DNA from: Corallochytrium limacisporum Hawaii
Lineage: Eukaryota; Protista; Pluriformea
Length of the DNA stretch: 53,538 nt
NCBI GenBank assembly: GCA_002811645.1
Contig: PDIP01000106.1
Coordinates: forward strand, 1-53,538
Reading direction: 5' to 3'
Shown here: positions 41,738 through 53,537 of the stretch, piece by piece
How the letters are laid out: each line of letters opens with the position of its first letter
Position numbering within the stretch: position 1 is the first letter of the stretch
Made by a program: the position numbers and the translations under genes
Notes under the pieces: model-generated
Seen by the model: the letters and a program-made list of their open reading frames with translations, nothing else
What the model was told of the DNA's origin: nothing
Database searches by the model: none

Positions 41738-43328
41738 TGTTGATTTGAAATGTATATTCTTCTGCACAATACAAAAACTCGTCCTAGATGACAAGCGACA
41801 GCTTGAATACGGCAGAGGAAATGCTATACGTACTGAAATCATTTCAAAACAATGAAGTACCTGGTCACCAGTGCTGCAATGCGGCCATTTTCGGCCTCGG
41901 ACAGCACGGACGAACATTCTTGGAAATGCAAAGCGCACGGAGTTTACCTTCTGTGCCACTGGGCTAGCCGTCTACAGCTGTCAAGAATTTTCCTTCCAGA
42001 CAAGGGGCGGGTGACCCTACTTTCATTATTTCCATACATAACACATAGAGTGCCGGGCCTGACTGAACTCGAGTTGTGGCGGGACTGACCCTGGTCATGA
42101 AAAAGTGGGCCTGCTCCCCTCGAAAGCAGTGACACCACGGGTTCAGATGTCATCGAACTGTTCCAAAAAAAGGATCCGACAGCACACAAAGTCCAAAGGA
42201 GAGCGCGTTGCTTACCACAAGTAAGATCCTTAGCGGACTTCGACAGCGCAAAATCTGCGTAACGGGGAGAGGTGGAAGCAAGAGTTAAGTGCATCTAATG
42301 CCCTGGGTGGACAAGCTTTTCCTCGTCACCGACGGATGCTCGCTGGAGGGTGGGTGATGTACTTACCGAGACGGCGGGCGTATCGTCCACAGAGAGGAGC
42401 TTTTAAAAGGGGTGTGCCCCTCATGTCCGCCAATCACTCGCCAAACTAACCGAAGAGGAACACTGCACGAAGAGAATTAAGGTCAGCAGAACTTCCTCTC
42501 AGGTCGAAGTGAAAAAACGGGGGGGCGGAGAGGGGGAGGAGGCAAAGCAAAATAATGGAAGCCAGAATGGAACACAACAGCAAATCACCGAATGCCACCA
42601 CCCTCCCGGAGGCGCTAATGAGGGACCTGCCCCCCCCTGTGGTTCTCTATAGAGAATGTTCCAGGTTCACCCCGTGTTGTCCAAGTTCTACACAGTCTTG
42701 AGCCCCGTCAACGGAGATCTGTGACGGTGACTCTGCACATACCTCCCCGACTATTTCTATTATTGCACTTTGCTACTAAATATATAAATAATTTCAGGAC
42801 AATATTGGTACCTTGGTCCATTTCTTCGTTGATCCGAGGGCTTGGTTGCGTTTTTTGCCGATTCTCTCTCTGCTTGCGCCCAGCCAAGGGTAAACGGCGG
42901 GGTGCTATTTTTAGCCTCCGCCCAGCTTTTGCCCTCCGGCTCGCTGGGGACGGGGGAAGGATTTGGGCTCTGAACCCCCACTGGCCCCCCCTCGATTGCT
43001 ATCTCGCCCGACCCGACCGTCCTTCACTCCCAATGCGATTTTTGCCCGTTTGTGTTGGCCCCATTTTTTCAAATATGCAGCTAGCAGGTATATTAAATTG
43101 GATGTGATCGGTTTTGCGGGGTTGGGGGGGGGGTTATTTTTTTTTTTTTTTGGGGAGAGAAAAGAAAAAGTTGGAAGTTTAGGGTTCGTTGAGTATGGAT
43201 TTGGCGCTTGGGGTTGTGGGGCAGAGGGTTGGGTGGGTCTCCCGTGGGTCTCCCCACGCCCCGTCATTCTTTGCTGTGTGTAGAGCACCACCCCTGTGCG
43301 ATGGAACGACAAGAGGGTAAGGTCGTCA

Positions 43329-46274
43329 TCACTTGGCACTCTTCAATGCCTGGTCAGTAAAGAGACGGAGACCGAGTTCATGGTTGTAGCCATGGATTTC
43401 CTTTACATCGAGTTTGCGCATGAATTCGATCACGGCGGAGGTGACTACTTGACCAGGAACGAGAATGGGGAAGCCAGGGGGATACGGAATGACGAACGTC
43501 GATGCGACAAAAGTCCGCGAAGATGAATCCACCTTATCAAGCTCCTTGGAGCCAATCTCGAAATACTCCGTATTCTCTTCGTTGTAAGACAGATAAAATG
43601 CCTTCCGCAGAATGCCTTCAGATGTCTTCAGGTCAGAATCTCCTCGAAAGGCTGGATGGAAATGACTGAAGTCGGGCAGGGGTGGCAGCTCCTGAGTGAG
43701 CCGATGTACTTTCTTCTTGTGGACCAGTTCCTCGGCATGACTGAACTCCCCAATCGCCACATCCAGCTTGTCTGCAAGATGAGTGAGGGCCTCCAGAAGA
43801 TAGGCACATGCGCTTCGAGACGTGCCAATGGTAGTCATCAAGAGAACGCTGTTGATCGAGGTCTTGTTAACCTGGATTTCAAATTCCTCCATGAGATACT
43901 TGTTCTTGAATGTGTCGCCATCAATGCCGGCGTCTGCTACGCACAGTGTTATGCGGTTGGGGTCAAGGACAAACTCATTATCGCTCCAGCTCTCCCACAT
44001 TTGCTCAAAGTCATAGCACGTGAATGTACGGGAGCCATCAAAGCTGAGGGACGAACGAACGCTGGCGTCTGCGCCTGCGTCACTGCGGTACTCGGCAGGA
44101 ATGAGCTTATCTGGACCGAGTACCTTAAAGTATGGGGAAATACCTTCACTCAGATTGATGTGGTGACGAATTGTGAACGCATGTTCGATCTGCTTCGTTA
44201 CCAAAGCGTAGCCCTCGAGAGCACATTGCCGCCGACCAATATCAAGAGAGGCCAGGATCTGATAATTCGGCGACGTGGAAGTATGAGTGAAATAGGCCTC
44301 AGTGAACATAGGCTCCACAAGGCGACGGAAATCTTCATCGTGGACATGAATCATACTGCCCTGACGCAGCGACGTCAGTGTCTTGTGCGTGCTCTGTGTG
44401 GCATACAATCTGAGACGGACCTCGTCAGGATTCGGGTACAGTCTATTGTTGATGACAAAGTCCTCGTCGTTCAATCCGCCCTCAAGCACGCTCTTGTTCT
44501 CCTCAGCCCACTTGGCATAGTGCTGGCGATATTCCTCGCTCTTAAAAACAATCTTCAGGGTATTAGCCGCACCCATGGCCGTTCGCATGCGGTATACCGG
44601 ATGGAAATAGGCAAAGGCCCACCACGCCTCATCCCAAAGGAAGATCAAGTCTGATTTGATGGCCAGGCATTCCTCTACAACCCGCCTGACATTGTACACG
44701 ATTCCGTCAAATGTGCAGTTAGTCAGGAGCAACAGTTTAACCTTTGAAAGCTTACCGGACTTTTTGTACTCCATCAGAGTTTGCTTGATCAGTTTCAGCG
44801 GAACACCGCCATACATTGCATAGTCGGCAAGCTTGTAGGAGTCGAGGTAGTGCACATGCGCTCCCGAAAGCACAGCACCATAGTGGTGTGACTTGTGACA
44901 GTTGCGGTCTATGAGCACAATATCGCCAGGTTGAAGTAGTCCCTGCACAACGATTTTGTTTGCCGTGCTAGTGCCGTTGGTGACAAAGTACGATCTGTCC
45001 GCACCAAACGTCTTGGCGGCCGCGACTTGAGCGTCTCTGATGGGGCCATGAGGTTCCAGAAGGGAGTCCAAGCCTCCAGATGTGGCCGATGTTTCTGCCA
45101 TGAACAATTCTTTGCCATAGAATTGTAGCATATCCTTAGCCCAATTGGAATGAAGCAGACTGGAGGCTCGGGAGATGGGCAGGGCATGGAATACGCCCGT
45201 CGGCCGCGTGCTGTACTTCTTTACGGCATCAAAGAAGGGTGTGTTGTAATGAGACTGCACACTCTCCATTATGCTATAGTGAAGCTCTTGAAGATCCCCA
45301 TGTGAAAGGTTGTAGTAGATTCTCTTAAAGTGGTTCTTCAACGAGGCCACGACTTCGACGCTCTGACTCGAAAAATGGAACATGCCAATCTCCGGCCGGA
45401 GTCTGTTGAGGTTTTCACTCAGATTCATGATCATATCAAGCCGAGAACCATCGGTAACCGATATTGCTCCGGCCGAGTAGGGAATCTTCAATCCATGCTC
45501 GCTCGACCTACCGAACTTCGAGCCAATGACCACACATTGAATGTTGTAGTTGAGCAAAACGGCATTGATCGCATCTTCGGCGTTTGAAACCATGAGAAAC
45601 TCATATTCAAAGCCGTCTGTAGGAGAGGTTATATCCTCCAAGTTCTCCTTCAGAGCCATCAGCTTTGTGTCGTCCGCGTCGGACACGATCAGGACTTCAA
45701 AGTATGGTCTCGCACTTCCCGAGAAAGAAAAGTTCTCATGCTCGATACGAGTGTCTTGATGGGTAACTATCCAGTTTTTGAACTGTTTGGCGATTGTGTG
45801 CGGATTATAGCTGTAGGTTGTAGCGCCAATGACCTGCACACAATGTGCCTTGTGGCTAATTCTCTGGAATTCATTTGAGTGGTACAGTGTCATCAACTGC
45901 TGCACAAAGTCCAGTCCTGGAAATGTGAAGTAAGCTTCAATCACCAACAGAGACTTAAGCTTTGAGAGGAATGCGATTCTTCCTTCTGCCTTGTCCTCTG
46001 CACTGACATCGTCTTGAAGCTGAAGCTCTGCCAGGGTCTGGATCTCACTCCATGTGTCACCCCTCAAGTGCGAATTACCAAAATGACTTTTGAGAACGAA
46101 ATCATCCACCAGATAGTGCAGTTGGCTTTCCGTCAACTTGCTCCACAAGTCGATCTTCGAACCGGACCGCGACTTCATACTTTTCCGGCTTGGAAGGATA
46201 TTCGAAGATATGGCAACTGGTAAATCTTTAGTTCTTCCCTTCATGAAGAAAAACAGGGCTTGGAAGCATGACAT
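43329..46274 (-). CDS. Fold-type I PLP-dependent Orn/Lys/Arg decarboxylase (bacterial-type, long form)
   Basis: Contains GLDSLLEPHGPI, YFVTNGTSTANKIV, DRNCHKSHHYG, LTNCTFDG, WDEAW, the PLP-lysine motif TQSTHKTL, TSTSPNYQILASLD and C-terminal PYPPGFPILVPGQ. A receiver-like wing region lies upstream. Substrate cannot be determined. Confidence 0.93.
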   Translation of the reverse strand: MSCFQALFFFMKGRTKDLPVAISSNILPSRKSMKSRSGSKIDLWSKLTESQLHYLVDDFVLKSHFGNSHLRGDTWSEIQTLAELQLQDDVSAEDKAEGRIAFLSKLKSLLVIEAYFTFPGLDFVQQLMTLYHSNEFQRISHKAHCVQVIGATTYSYNPHTIAKQFKNWIVTHQDTRIEHENFSFSGSARPYFEVLIVSDADDTKLMALKENLEDITSPTDGFEYEFLMVSNAEDAINAVLLNYNIQCVVIGSKFGRSSEHGLKIPYSAGAISVTDGSRLDMIMNLSENLNRLRPEIGMFHFSSQSVEVVASLKNHFKRIYYNLSHGDLQELHYSIMESVQSHYNTPFFDAVKKYSTRPTGVFHALPISRASSLLHSNWAKDMLQFYGKELFMAETSATSGGLDSLLEPHGPIRDAQVAAAKTFGADRSYFVTNGTSTANKIVVQGLLQPGDIVLIDRNCHKSHHYGAVLSGAHVHYLDSYKLADYAMYGGVPLKLIKQTLMEYKKSGKLSKVKLLLLTNCTFDGIVYNVRRVVEECLAIKSDLIFLWDEAWWAFAYFHPVYRMRTAMGAANTLKIVFKSEEYRQHYAKWAEENKSVLEGGLNDEDFVINNRLYPNPDEVRLRLYATQSTHKTLTSLRQGSMIHVHDEDFRRLVEPMFTEAYFTHTSTSPNYQILASLDIGRRQCALEGYALVTKQIEHAFTIRHHINLSEGISPYFKVLGPDKLIPAEYRSDAGADASVRSSLSFDGSRTFTCYDFEQMWESWSDNEFVLDPNRITLCVADAGIDGDTFKNKYLMEEFEIQVNKTSINSVLLMTTIGTSRSACAYLLEALTHLADKLDVAIGEFSHAEELVHKKKVHRLTQELPPLPDFSHFHPAFRGDSDLKTSEGILRKAFYLSYNEENTEYFEIGSKELDKVDSSSRTFVASTFVIPYPPGFPILVPGQVVTSAVIEFMRKLDVKEIHGYNHELGLRLFTDQALKSAK

Positions 46275-46729
46275 TACTTTGCTGAAAGCATAAGATTAAT
46301 CCTCTCTTGCTTCCTAACAACGGACATCAGCAGGCTTGAAACACCCGGTCAAGGGCAGACGAAGTCATACTCCAGCCCTCGTTGCATGCGCCCGGCCTCT
46401 GTGAGACCCATCCGCCTTGCTGACTCTAGTGCGCGCGGCACATTATATGCCCTGGGTAGAAATACAAACCCCCGCGACAACTCTCACTACCCTCCCGGTG
46501 GTGCGTATCCCTAACGTACAAAGTCCATGGGACTCATCCCCTCCAGATTGCGGGCGGGCGATTGCGTATGGGCCGCGGGTTTGTTTTCCCTTTTGCTAGC
46601 GGACCGGAGGAATTCACGGCATGACTATTCCTGTGAACGGGGGGCTTGTCGGACAGTGAACTGCAGTGCTCGACGCACTTGGTTGGTCAAAGCCCTCAGA
46701 AATCATCACAGATACATCATACCCGCTTG

Positions 46730-48430
46730 CGACAAGATGGTATCTGGATCTATCCGGCGGGTTATGTGTTTTTTTAACTTGTGTAGAGTGCAGCAACTGC
46801 GTGCATTACGAACCCTCGTCGTCTCTCCCTTCGCCCCGGATCGGTTTCAAACCACAGGGTACCTGGGAGCCCATTTTTCGGACGCGACCGAACCTCCCCG
46901 CCCGTCCCTTTCGAATACCAGTGGTACATGAGGTATGAACAAGCGCAAGAAATCATGGTAACGGGAGGGTGAAGGGGGGGGGGAGTGTCAATACCTGCGA
47001 GCCGTTTCCAGTATGCTGGCCAGGTGGTATATCAAATTCGACTTTGGGCGGAGGACTCAGCAGGAGTCCAGTTTGTGTGGTACATAGGCTGCTTGCACAA
47101 CTTCTACCGTCAGGCTTTCTGGCGGCGTATCGGAGAGAGCAGAGCATTCCACAACCACCGCCACCAGCAATTCAGTGCTGCTGATAGGTACATACCGTCC
47201 ACCCTAGTTCATATCTCTGTGGATGATCTTTGATCAATGACCATGCCTAGTAAGCCGTACGGCTGTGTCACAAGTGCGCACCGAGCCCCGGAAATGAAGC
47301 ATCACCAACACCAGCTCTGCTTCAGTTGGGAAACAAGAAATGTGGCACTCACACAAAGAAACCAAATGATGTTCTGTACAATACACGGATTCCTATTGAT
47401 GCTGCAATAACACCGGAACCCAATGCATACAGTTTGTGTAAAGGTGTGTAAGATGGGCCAGAGGGGTAATTCCCGATGCCATCTTGTCACCAAGGTGCTA
47501 CACGGTGATTTGCAATGAGTTTGCGAGAGCTACGGCGACGTGCAGGTGGAGACAGGTATCGGACAAGGAACAGGAAGGGGAAGCTGTGACGCGGACAATA
47601 CACCGAAAGTTGAACTGAGAACCATCGATGGTGCACACTTCATTCCAAGAACCGCTCCTATTCTATGAATATGTGCTCCATAGAACTCACGTTCGAAGTT
47701 ATCTGTCTTCGCAGGCACCTTGACGTCGACCTCCGAGCTCTGGGTAGGCAGCAACACGCGGAGCATCGTCGACGACGCATTGTCACCAGCCAACCTCCCA
47801 AACTACTCAATGTGCCTCAGTCTCGAAGCAAGTCTGGCTCTTTATGTTGACTGTACATGGCTGCCACACCAGTTTGACCATGCGTACTGTTCAAATATGC
47901 AAGAGGAGACAGCTCGATGTGTCTAATGATACCCAGGTGATGGTGACTGATGGGGTGAACGCGCAGAGCAACCCGAAAACTGCACTGCAATGTTATGCGC
48001 CAAAACCAGAACCGCAGGCAAGTTGGCATATCTGTGCATGGTGAGACATGTGCAAGAAAACATTGAGGGTTGCAACGATTGTCGAAGACCCAAGGAGGAT
48101 GAATCCGCCCACGGCTTTCCAATGAGTTGGTTCTTCTGTAGAGATCAAGCAACCCACCACCAAAAGTCTACCTCTGTCACCGTTGGATACACACACACAT
48201 CATTAAGTAAACAGGGCGAAACTAATTGTTAGGAGTTGTCATCCAAATGAACCGCACCCGCGAACTCTACGAAAAGTACCGAATCCGAATAGTCTATTCC
48301 CCGACCGCAACAATTTATTGGTACATTCACTATCTACAGCAGATCGGCCAATGCCACAAGGATTCCCCCCACACCAAGCCTCCGTGATCCCCTCGACGAA
48401 TATCTACCGTACTAATCTCATAAGCCCCAC
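46730..48430 (+). mobile_element. Highly decayed Ty3/gypsy-like retrotransposon pol relic (RT-RNase H-integrase order)
   Basis: Degenerate motifs occur in the expected order, all in one + frame interrupted by stops: YQIRLWAED..F (47030), VHISVDDL (to 47230), KVELRTIDGA (~47606), IVDDALS (47765), MVRHVQENIEGCNDCRRPK (48038), FIGTFTI...ANATRI...PSLR (48314). No LTRs were recognised. Confidence 0.55.
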
Positions 48431-49663
48431 AGGGACCGTGCCGTACATACACGCTGGGGCCCATATCCATATCGAAAACGACGCCACAAGAGAACTGCTA
48501 ATTCATGCGTACGCACATTTTTTCCTCGATTCAGCGTCTGGTATTGGGAAATTTCGTGGCCACGGCTCGCTAGGACTTGCCTCGTAGGGGTGTGTGCTGG
48601 CGGTTGTGATGCTAGGTACCAGTGTTGGCGAAAACTCCTTCCTCCTCCGAAAGTTCGTCGTCTCGGGCGCGCGATCTTGACATGAATACCGCTGAATGAA
48701 GTCCGGGACCAGTGCAAGCCACAGAAAGAGTGAAGAATGGAATGATTACCGTAGGATCGGACGACAGCTGGTGTTTGGATTTACTTTCTGTTTTTCACAA
48801 TGGAATCTGCCCGTGACGCGGTTTGGGGTCATTGATTTCTAGTGCTCCAACTTCTTAGGGTACTATCCGTTATGTTTCTGTATTCGCGGAAGCATTTCGT
48901 CCGATCGTTGCCTGCTCCTCGCGGTTCTTTGTTATCATTGTCCTCGGCAAAGGAATTCACTCAACACCAAAGTCAGTATATGTGAGGAGTGTCAACATGT
49001 TGTTGAAGGGATCTATAGATGAGTTGCTTCCCTTTTGTCGTACCTTTCAGTGCACACAATGGGATTGATCCTTAGGGCAAGAGCAACAAAGGAGGTCCTT
49101 GCTCATCGGGAGTGAGGTGGGGTCATATTACACAACAATCAAGCAGCGAGCGTCATCAGGTGTTGCCGTCGCGTATGTATACAATATTGTATGGGTGGAT
49201 AGTAGATGGGTGGTACCCTTAAGTCAGACTTGTGATCTTTGTATGATGGCCGAATGGCTGGGAGCGAGAAGGGGGGGGTGCCGATCGATGATGGAGGGAA
49301 GAGCGTCACAAGGACCTACTGATTCACAGTCGTTATATGGTGGAAACACAAAGGCAGAGAACCCCAGGCCTTTTGACATATACGATCAAAGAGGATTAGA
49401 AGCTTGACATGCTGGGTAGAAATGGAAAGGTTCAGGTACATCTACATGGTGAGTACTGACAAACATGCAACATGTTTGGAACATGTGCGCCCGCTCTACG
49501 CAGGCACATGGTTTGTATATTCAGTATGCATTGGAAGGAATAGCAGATCACAAGCGGGTATGGTTGCAGATGGGATACGCAGAGCGCCCCGGGGGAAAGG
49601 GGGGGAGGGGGGCCTTCCGTCGATTTACAATGAGAAAGTGGGCGCTATTTTCCACGGGCGGGG

Positions 49664-49876
49664 NNNNNNNNNNNNNNNNNNNNNNNNNNNNNNNNNNNNN
49701 NNNNNNNNNNNNNNNNNNNNNNNNNNNNNNNNNNNNNNNNNNNNNNNNNNNNNNNNNNNNNNNNNNNNNNNNNNNNNNNNNNNNNNNNNNNNNNNNNNNN
49801 NNNNNNNNNNNNNNNNNNNNNNNNNNNNNNNNNNNNNNNNNNNNNNNNNNNNNNNNNNNNNNNNNNNNNNNNNNNN
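49664..49876. other. Assembly gap (N run)
   Basis: Run of N flanked by poly-G. Confidence 1.
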
Positions 49877-51294
49877 GGGGGGGGTGGGCTGCAGCTTCCT
49901 TGCCTTCCCCTCCCACCCCCCTTCCCTCCAGCCCTTCATCGTGGTCCTCTGTCAAAATTGACACTACGAGACCCCTAATTCATGGCCCAGTCATAATCCT
50001 GTGAAATTCCAACCGATACCAGCGATGACCGTTGACACTCATGTCCAACTGTGAGAAAACATAATGAAGATTTACTATAGACAGTGGAACCCCATATTGG
50101 GCCAGTGTGCTACCACTTCTATCCAAAGGTCCGGAGTCCCAAAAATCAGTGGGTTGTCCAGACTCAGAGACTGTCAACGGAGATGGTGTGAACGCAGGGG
50201 TGGAAGTCTCGATCGATTGTGAGGTAAGTATCGCAAGATCCTCACTTTTTTACAGGGGAAAACTGAGTGATATTGCAACTAACGAGGCGCTGCAGTCTCG
50301 TGCGACTCCTGGAATGATCGATTGTGGTTGAGCCGGAACTTCCTCTCTACCCTTCCATTCGTTCCTGTAATTAAGAGATCAGTACTTCCATTATAAATTG
50401 TCGAGGAGCAAACGATGAGAAAGAAGGAGCGGAGCCCGCCTCCACAATTCCTGTGCGGGGCTGCGAGGGGCTTCTGCTGCTGGGTTCCCAATTTGCGTCA
50501 GAAGCCGGAGCCAGATCGAAACAAAACGTAGAGAGAGGGGTGCCTACACGGGGAAACCCGAAGCGGTTGGGGAAGGCCCAGGGCGAGAAGGGAGGGACGA
50601 TCGGTCTGGAGCCACACGCACACACACGCATTGGAGAAAGAGACGGGCAAAAAAAAGAAACTTGTACGGTGAATTATACAGAACAAGTCGCAGGGACTGA
50701 TGGGGAGCGGGGACAACTTACGGCGGAGTGGTACCTTACTCTTGCAGAGTGCGGGAGTATGTTGGTACGTTGGGTACAACAGCAGAGCACACACAACTTC
50801 GCAAGGAGTGTGAGATAGGCGAAAGGGGGAGAGAGACAGAGAGAGGGCCTGTGCAAAGGTTCCGGTGGCTCAAGTGAAGATTTGGTGGCTCACCGTGACC
50901 CTTGTTTCGCTTCGTTGTTCCTGCCAGAGCTGCCACTTCTGTTGCGCCTTGCGCATGTAGGATTGCGACTTCTCTGTTGTGTATGAAAAACATGGTTAAG
51001 GATTTTAACCCGCATATTGATAGGAAACAAATGCTTATCAAAGCGTGTGAGTGAAAGGTACATCAACTCCGTACTGTGGTCAGCAGAGGGTGTATCAGTA
51101 CAATAAGTGAAACTGGCTAACAATATATTTATTTTGTATCAGTGGCCGCAGGGCTCATGTGTTAGTTGTTTCTAACGGTCTGCAAGGAGTCTGTACAATC
51201 GTTGACGTGGGAACCATCAACATCTGGTCTCATAGGAGACTCCAAAGCAAGAGAATTGCTGGAATACGTAACAGTAGAACAGGTTGACACATAG

Positions 51295-52008
51295 ATGCGG
51301 TTACTGAGGCGGCACAGTCCCGGGGTGACCCGTTCATTGAAGCAACCAGCAAGTGATAGCAACCAGGAGCGAGAGCAGGAAGCACCAATGCTGGATAGGG
51401 GGAGTCCTGAGGAGGACCCTTCCAGGCAAGGGCGAGCAAGTTCCGCAACTAGGCGGGATGAGAACAATGAGGCCAATGTACCTAAAGTGTCGGCACCAAG
51501 CCGCCTGCCGGATCTCTTACAGAATATGGCAGAGGAGCACCCTCTTAAAATTCTTGTAGTGGACGACAACCCATTGAACAGACGGCTGACGGGAATGTAC
51601 CTCCAGCAACTTGGATACAACTATGACATGGCTGAAGATGGAGCGAAGGGTATCGAGATGATGAAGAACAGCATGTACGAGCAGGATTATGACGTTGTTC
51701 TCATGGACTTGCACATGCCTGTCATGAATGGTCATGAAGCAACTGCCACCATCCGGCAAATGTATCCCAAGAGCTTACAGCCATCGATCATCGCACTGAC
51801 GGCGTCAGATGACGTCGAGGACACACTGCGATGCCTCAGTCTTGGTTTCCAACACTACATTGCGAAGCCAATTAGCGCCATGGACCTCGCCACTGTGCTT
51901 GTCAAGTGTCAGGCCATCGTCAAGATTTCTAGAGAACTACCGGTGGTAAGCAATGATACTCCAGAGAATGGAGAAGCAAGAAGGCGCGCGCGGAAACACT
52001 CGCTTTGA
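51295..52008 (+). CDS. Response-regulator receiver (REC) domain protein with a disordered N-terminus
   Basis: LKILVVDDNPLN, YDVVLMDLHMPVMNG (phosphoacceptor Asp), IIALTA and YIAKP: all canonical receiver residues are present. The start is uncertain (51295 or later ATGs). Confidence 0.9.
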   Translation: MRLLRRHSPGVTRSLKQPASDSNQEREQEAPMLDRGSPEEDPSRQGRASSATRRDENNEANVPKVSAPSRLPDLLQNMAEEHPLKILVVDDNPLNRRLTGMYLQQLGYNYDMAEDGAKGIEMMKNSMYEQDYDVVLMDLHMPVMNGHEATATIRQMYPKSLQPSIIALTASDDVEDTLRCLSLGFQHYIAKPISAMDLATVLVKCQAIVKISRELPVVSNDTPENGEARRRARKHSL

Positions 52009-53444
52009 GTATGCACGCGCAAAGCAAATTTCATTCATTAACCTCATGGTCATTAACGTCATTGTCATTATCAATTTTACATGCCCCTGGTGGGCCGGAG
52101 GGAATATCCTGGAGTAGGTCTAGCATGGTGAGAGCTGACCATCATGAGAATGCCGCAGGTTGGCCGATCATAACGTGTTGATTTAATCATGCGTGACCTG
52201 CCTCTTCACATAGCAACACCACTGTGCCATATATTCCATGCCTCTCTGTACATAGCACATCATCAGTATTACATAGCATTTAATAAATTTGGTTATATCT
52301 TGAGCTTTCATGTTAGCGGGGGTACCTTTTCCTAATCCAGTTCTGGACAGGCTCTCATCGCACCGTAGTCGGACACAATCACAGATTGTCGCAGACAGTA
52401 CTAAGGCGATCTAGCCAGTCCTACGGTATGTGCCATCTGTTAAGGGTCTCACTGTCCCTCAGAATCGTGCTGTAGCTGTCCAAGATGCTGCCCTTCCCTG
52501 ATCAAGGTCCGGAAACAACCATTCACAACTTGTGAACCGGCGCGTAACTGGATATCCGGATTATTTTGAAATGGCCATCGATCCAGGACTCCCCTTCTCC
52601 CGCGAGCCGCGGGGGGGGGGGAGTCCTTCGCAGGCCAGCGGCTTTTCTTAGATGGGGGGAGAGAGGGTAGGAGGGGACGTAGGTGCACTCTTCAGTTGGT
52701 ACTTAAACTTTCTGGAAAGATCACAAAACACGATCACGCCTCCCCCTCCCCCCCGGGCCCTCCCTGCAGGTTCCCGAGTGGTGCATGCGCGAAAAGCAAA
52801 CTCAAGAGAAAAGGTTCGAGAAACCTTTCAGATGTCGTGCCCGGTGTGAAAGTTATGGTTTAATATACAATACTAAGTGCCTTACGTTGCAACCTCAATG
52901 CTGTGCATCCGTAGGTATATTAAAATTCAAAGATCTGTGCCCGACCGCCCAGAAAAACTTTCCCTCCCTTTCAAGGCCCAGCGCACTCAATCAGCCCACG
53001 GAGCGCCCGAACTAAGCCTTTGTGAAACAAAAAATTAGAATTAAAAAAAGGCAAAACGAAACGGAAAGAACAAAAGGGGCAGCAAAGGAAAAGGGGTGGG
53101 TTATAAAGAAACAAAAAGGGGAAACAAGGGAGAAAATATGAAACAAACGGTTTGTTCTGTGTGCTAGGGCGGGAAAACCCCTTTGGCTCGATCGATTTCT
53201 GGCCTTTTAAGCTGGGGGTGAACTTAGGGAAGGCAGGGCGATCGGGTCGGGTGCCCCCTCCCTCCGGGAAAAAAGTCGGGAGGGGGCGGGGGAACCCAAC
53301 TGGTACTCTGGCCCTTGAATGAAAACAGTACCTGTGTCTCAGCAGGTTCTTCAGCATCATCGCCCGCTCAGCCGCTGCCAGTGTTCTTACCGGGCCGCCG
53401 CCCGTAGAAGGAGAGGCAAACTGGGATGCGACATCGCGAGAGCG

Positions 53445-53537
<93 letters not shown>

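Noticed and set aside
40442-41743. 433-aa + strand ORF (also 40245-40754)
   Set aside because: Antisense shadow of the strongly codon-biased SCPx gene, with no recognisable motifs.
41738-41959. N-terminal extensions given by the ORF track (SCPx to 41959, RAD51 to 39434, Vps62-like to 18598, Agd3-like to 23386, phosphatase from 4492)
   Set aside because: They rely on GTG/TTG starts. Downstream ATGs match family N-termini, paralogs or signal peptides.
42500-43300. G-run and homopolymer-rich tracts as functional G-quadruplexes (also 12560-12900, 39500-39950, 52950-53330)
   Set aside because: These stretches look like low-quality or gap-filled sequence and cannot be interpreted without read support.
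43656-44654. 332-aa + strand ORF
   Set aside because: Antisense shadow of the decarboxylase.
1657-50004. ORFs containing X runs around 1830-1996, 15290-15543 and 49664-49876
   Set aside because: Artefacts of N gaps and flanking G/C homopolymers.
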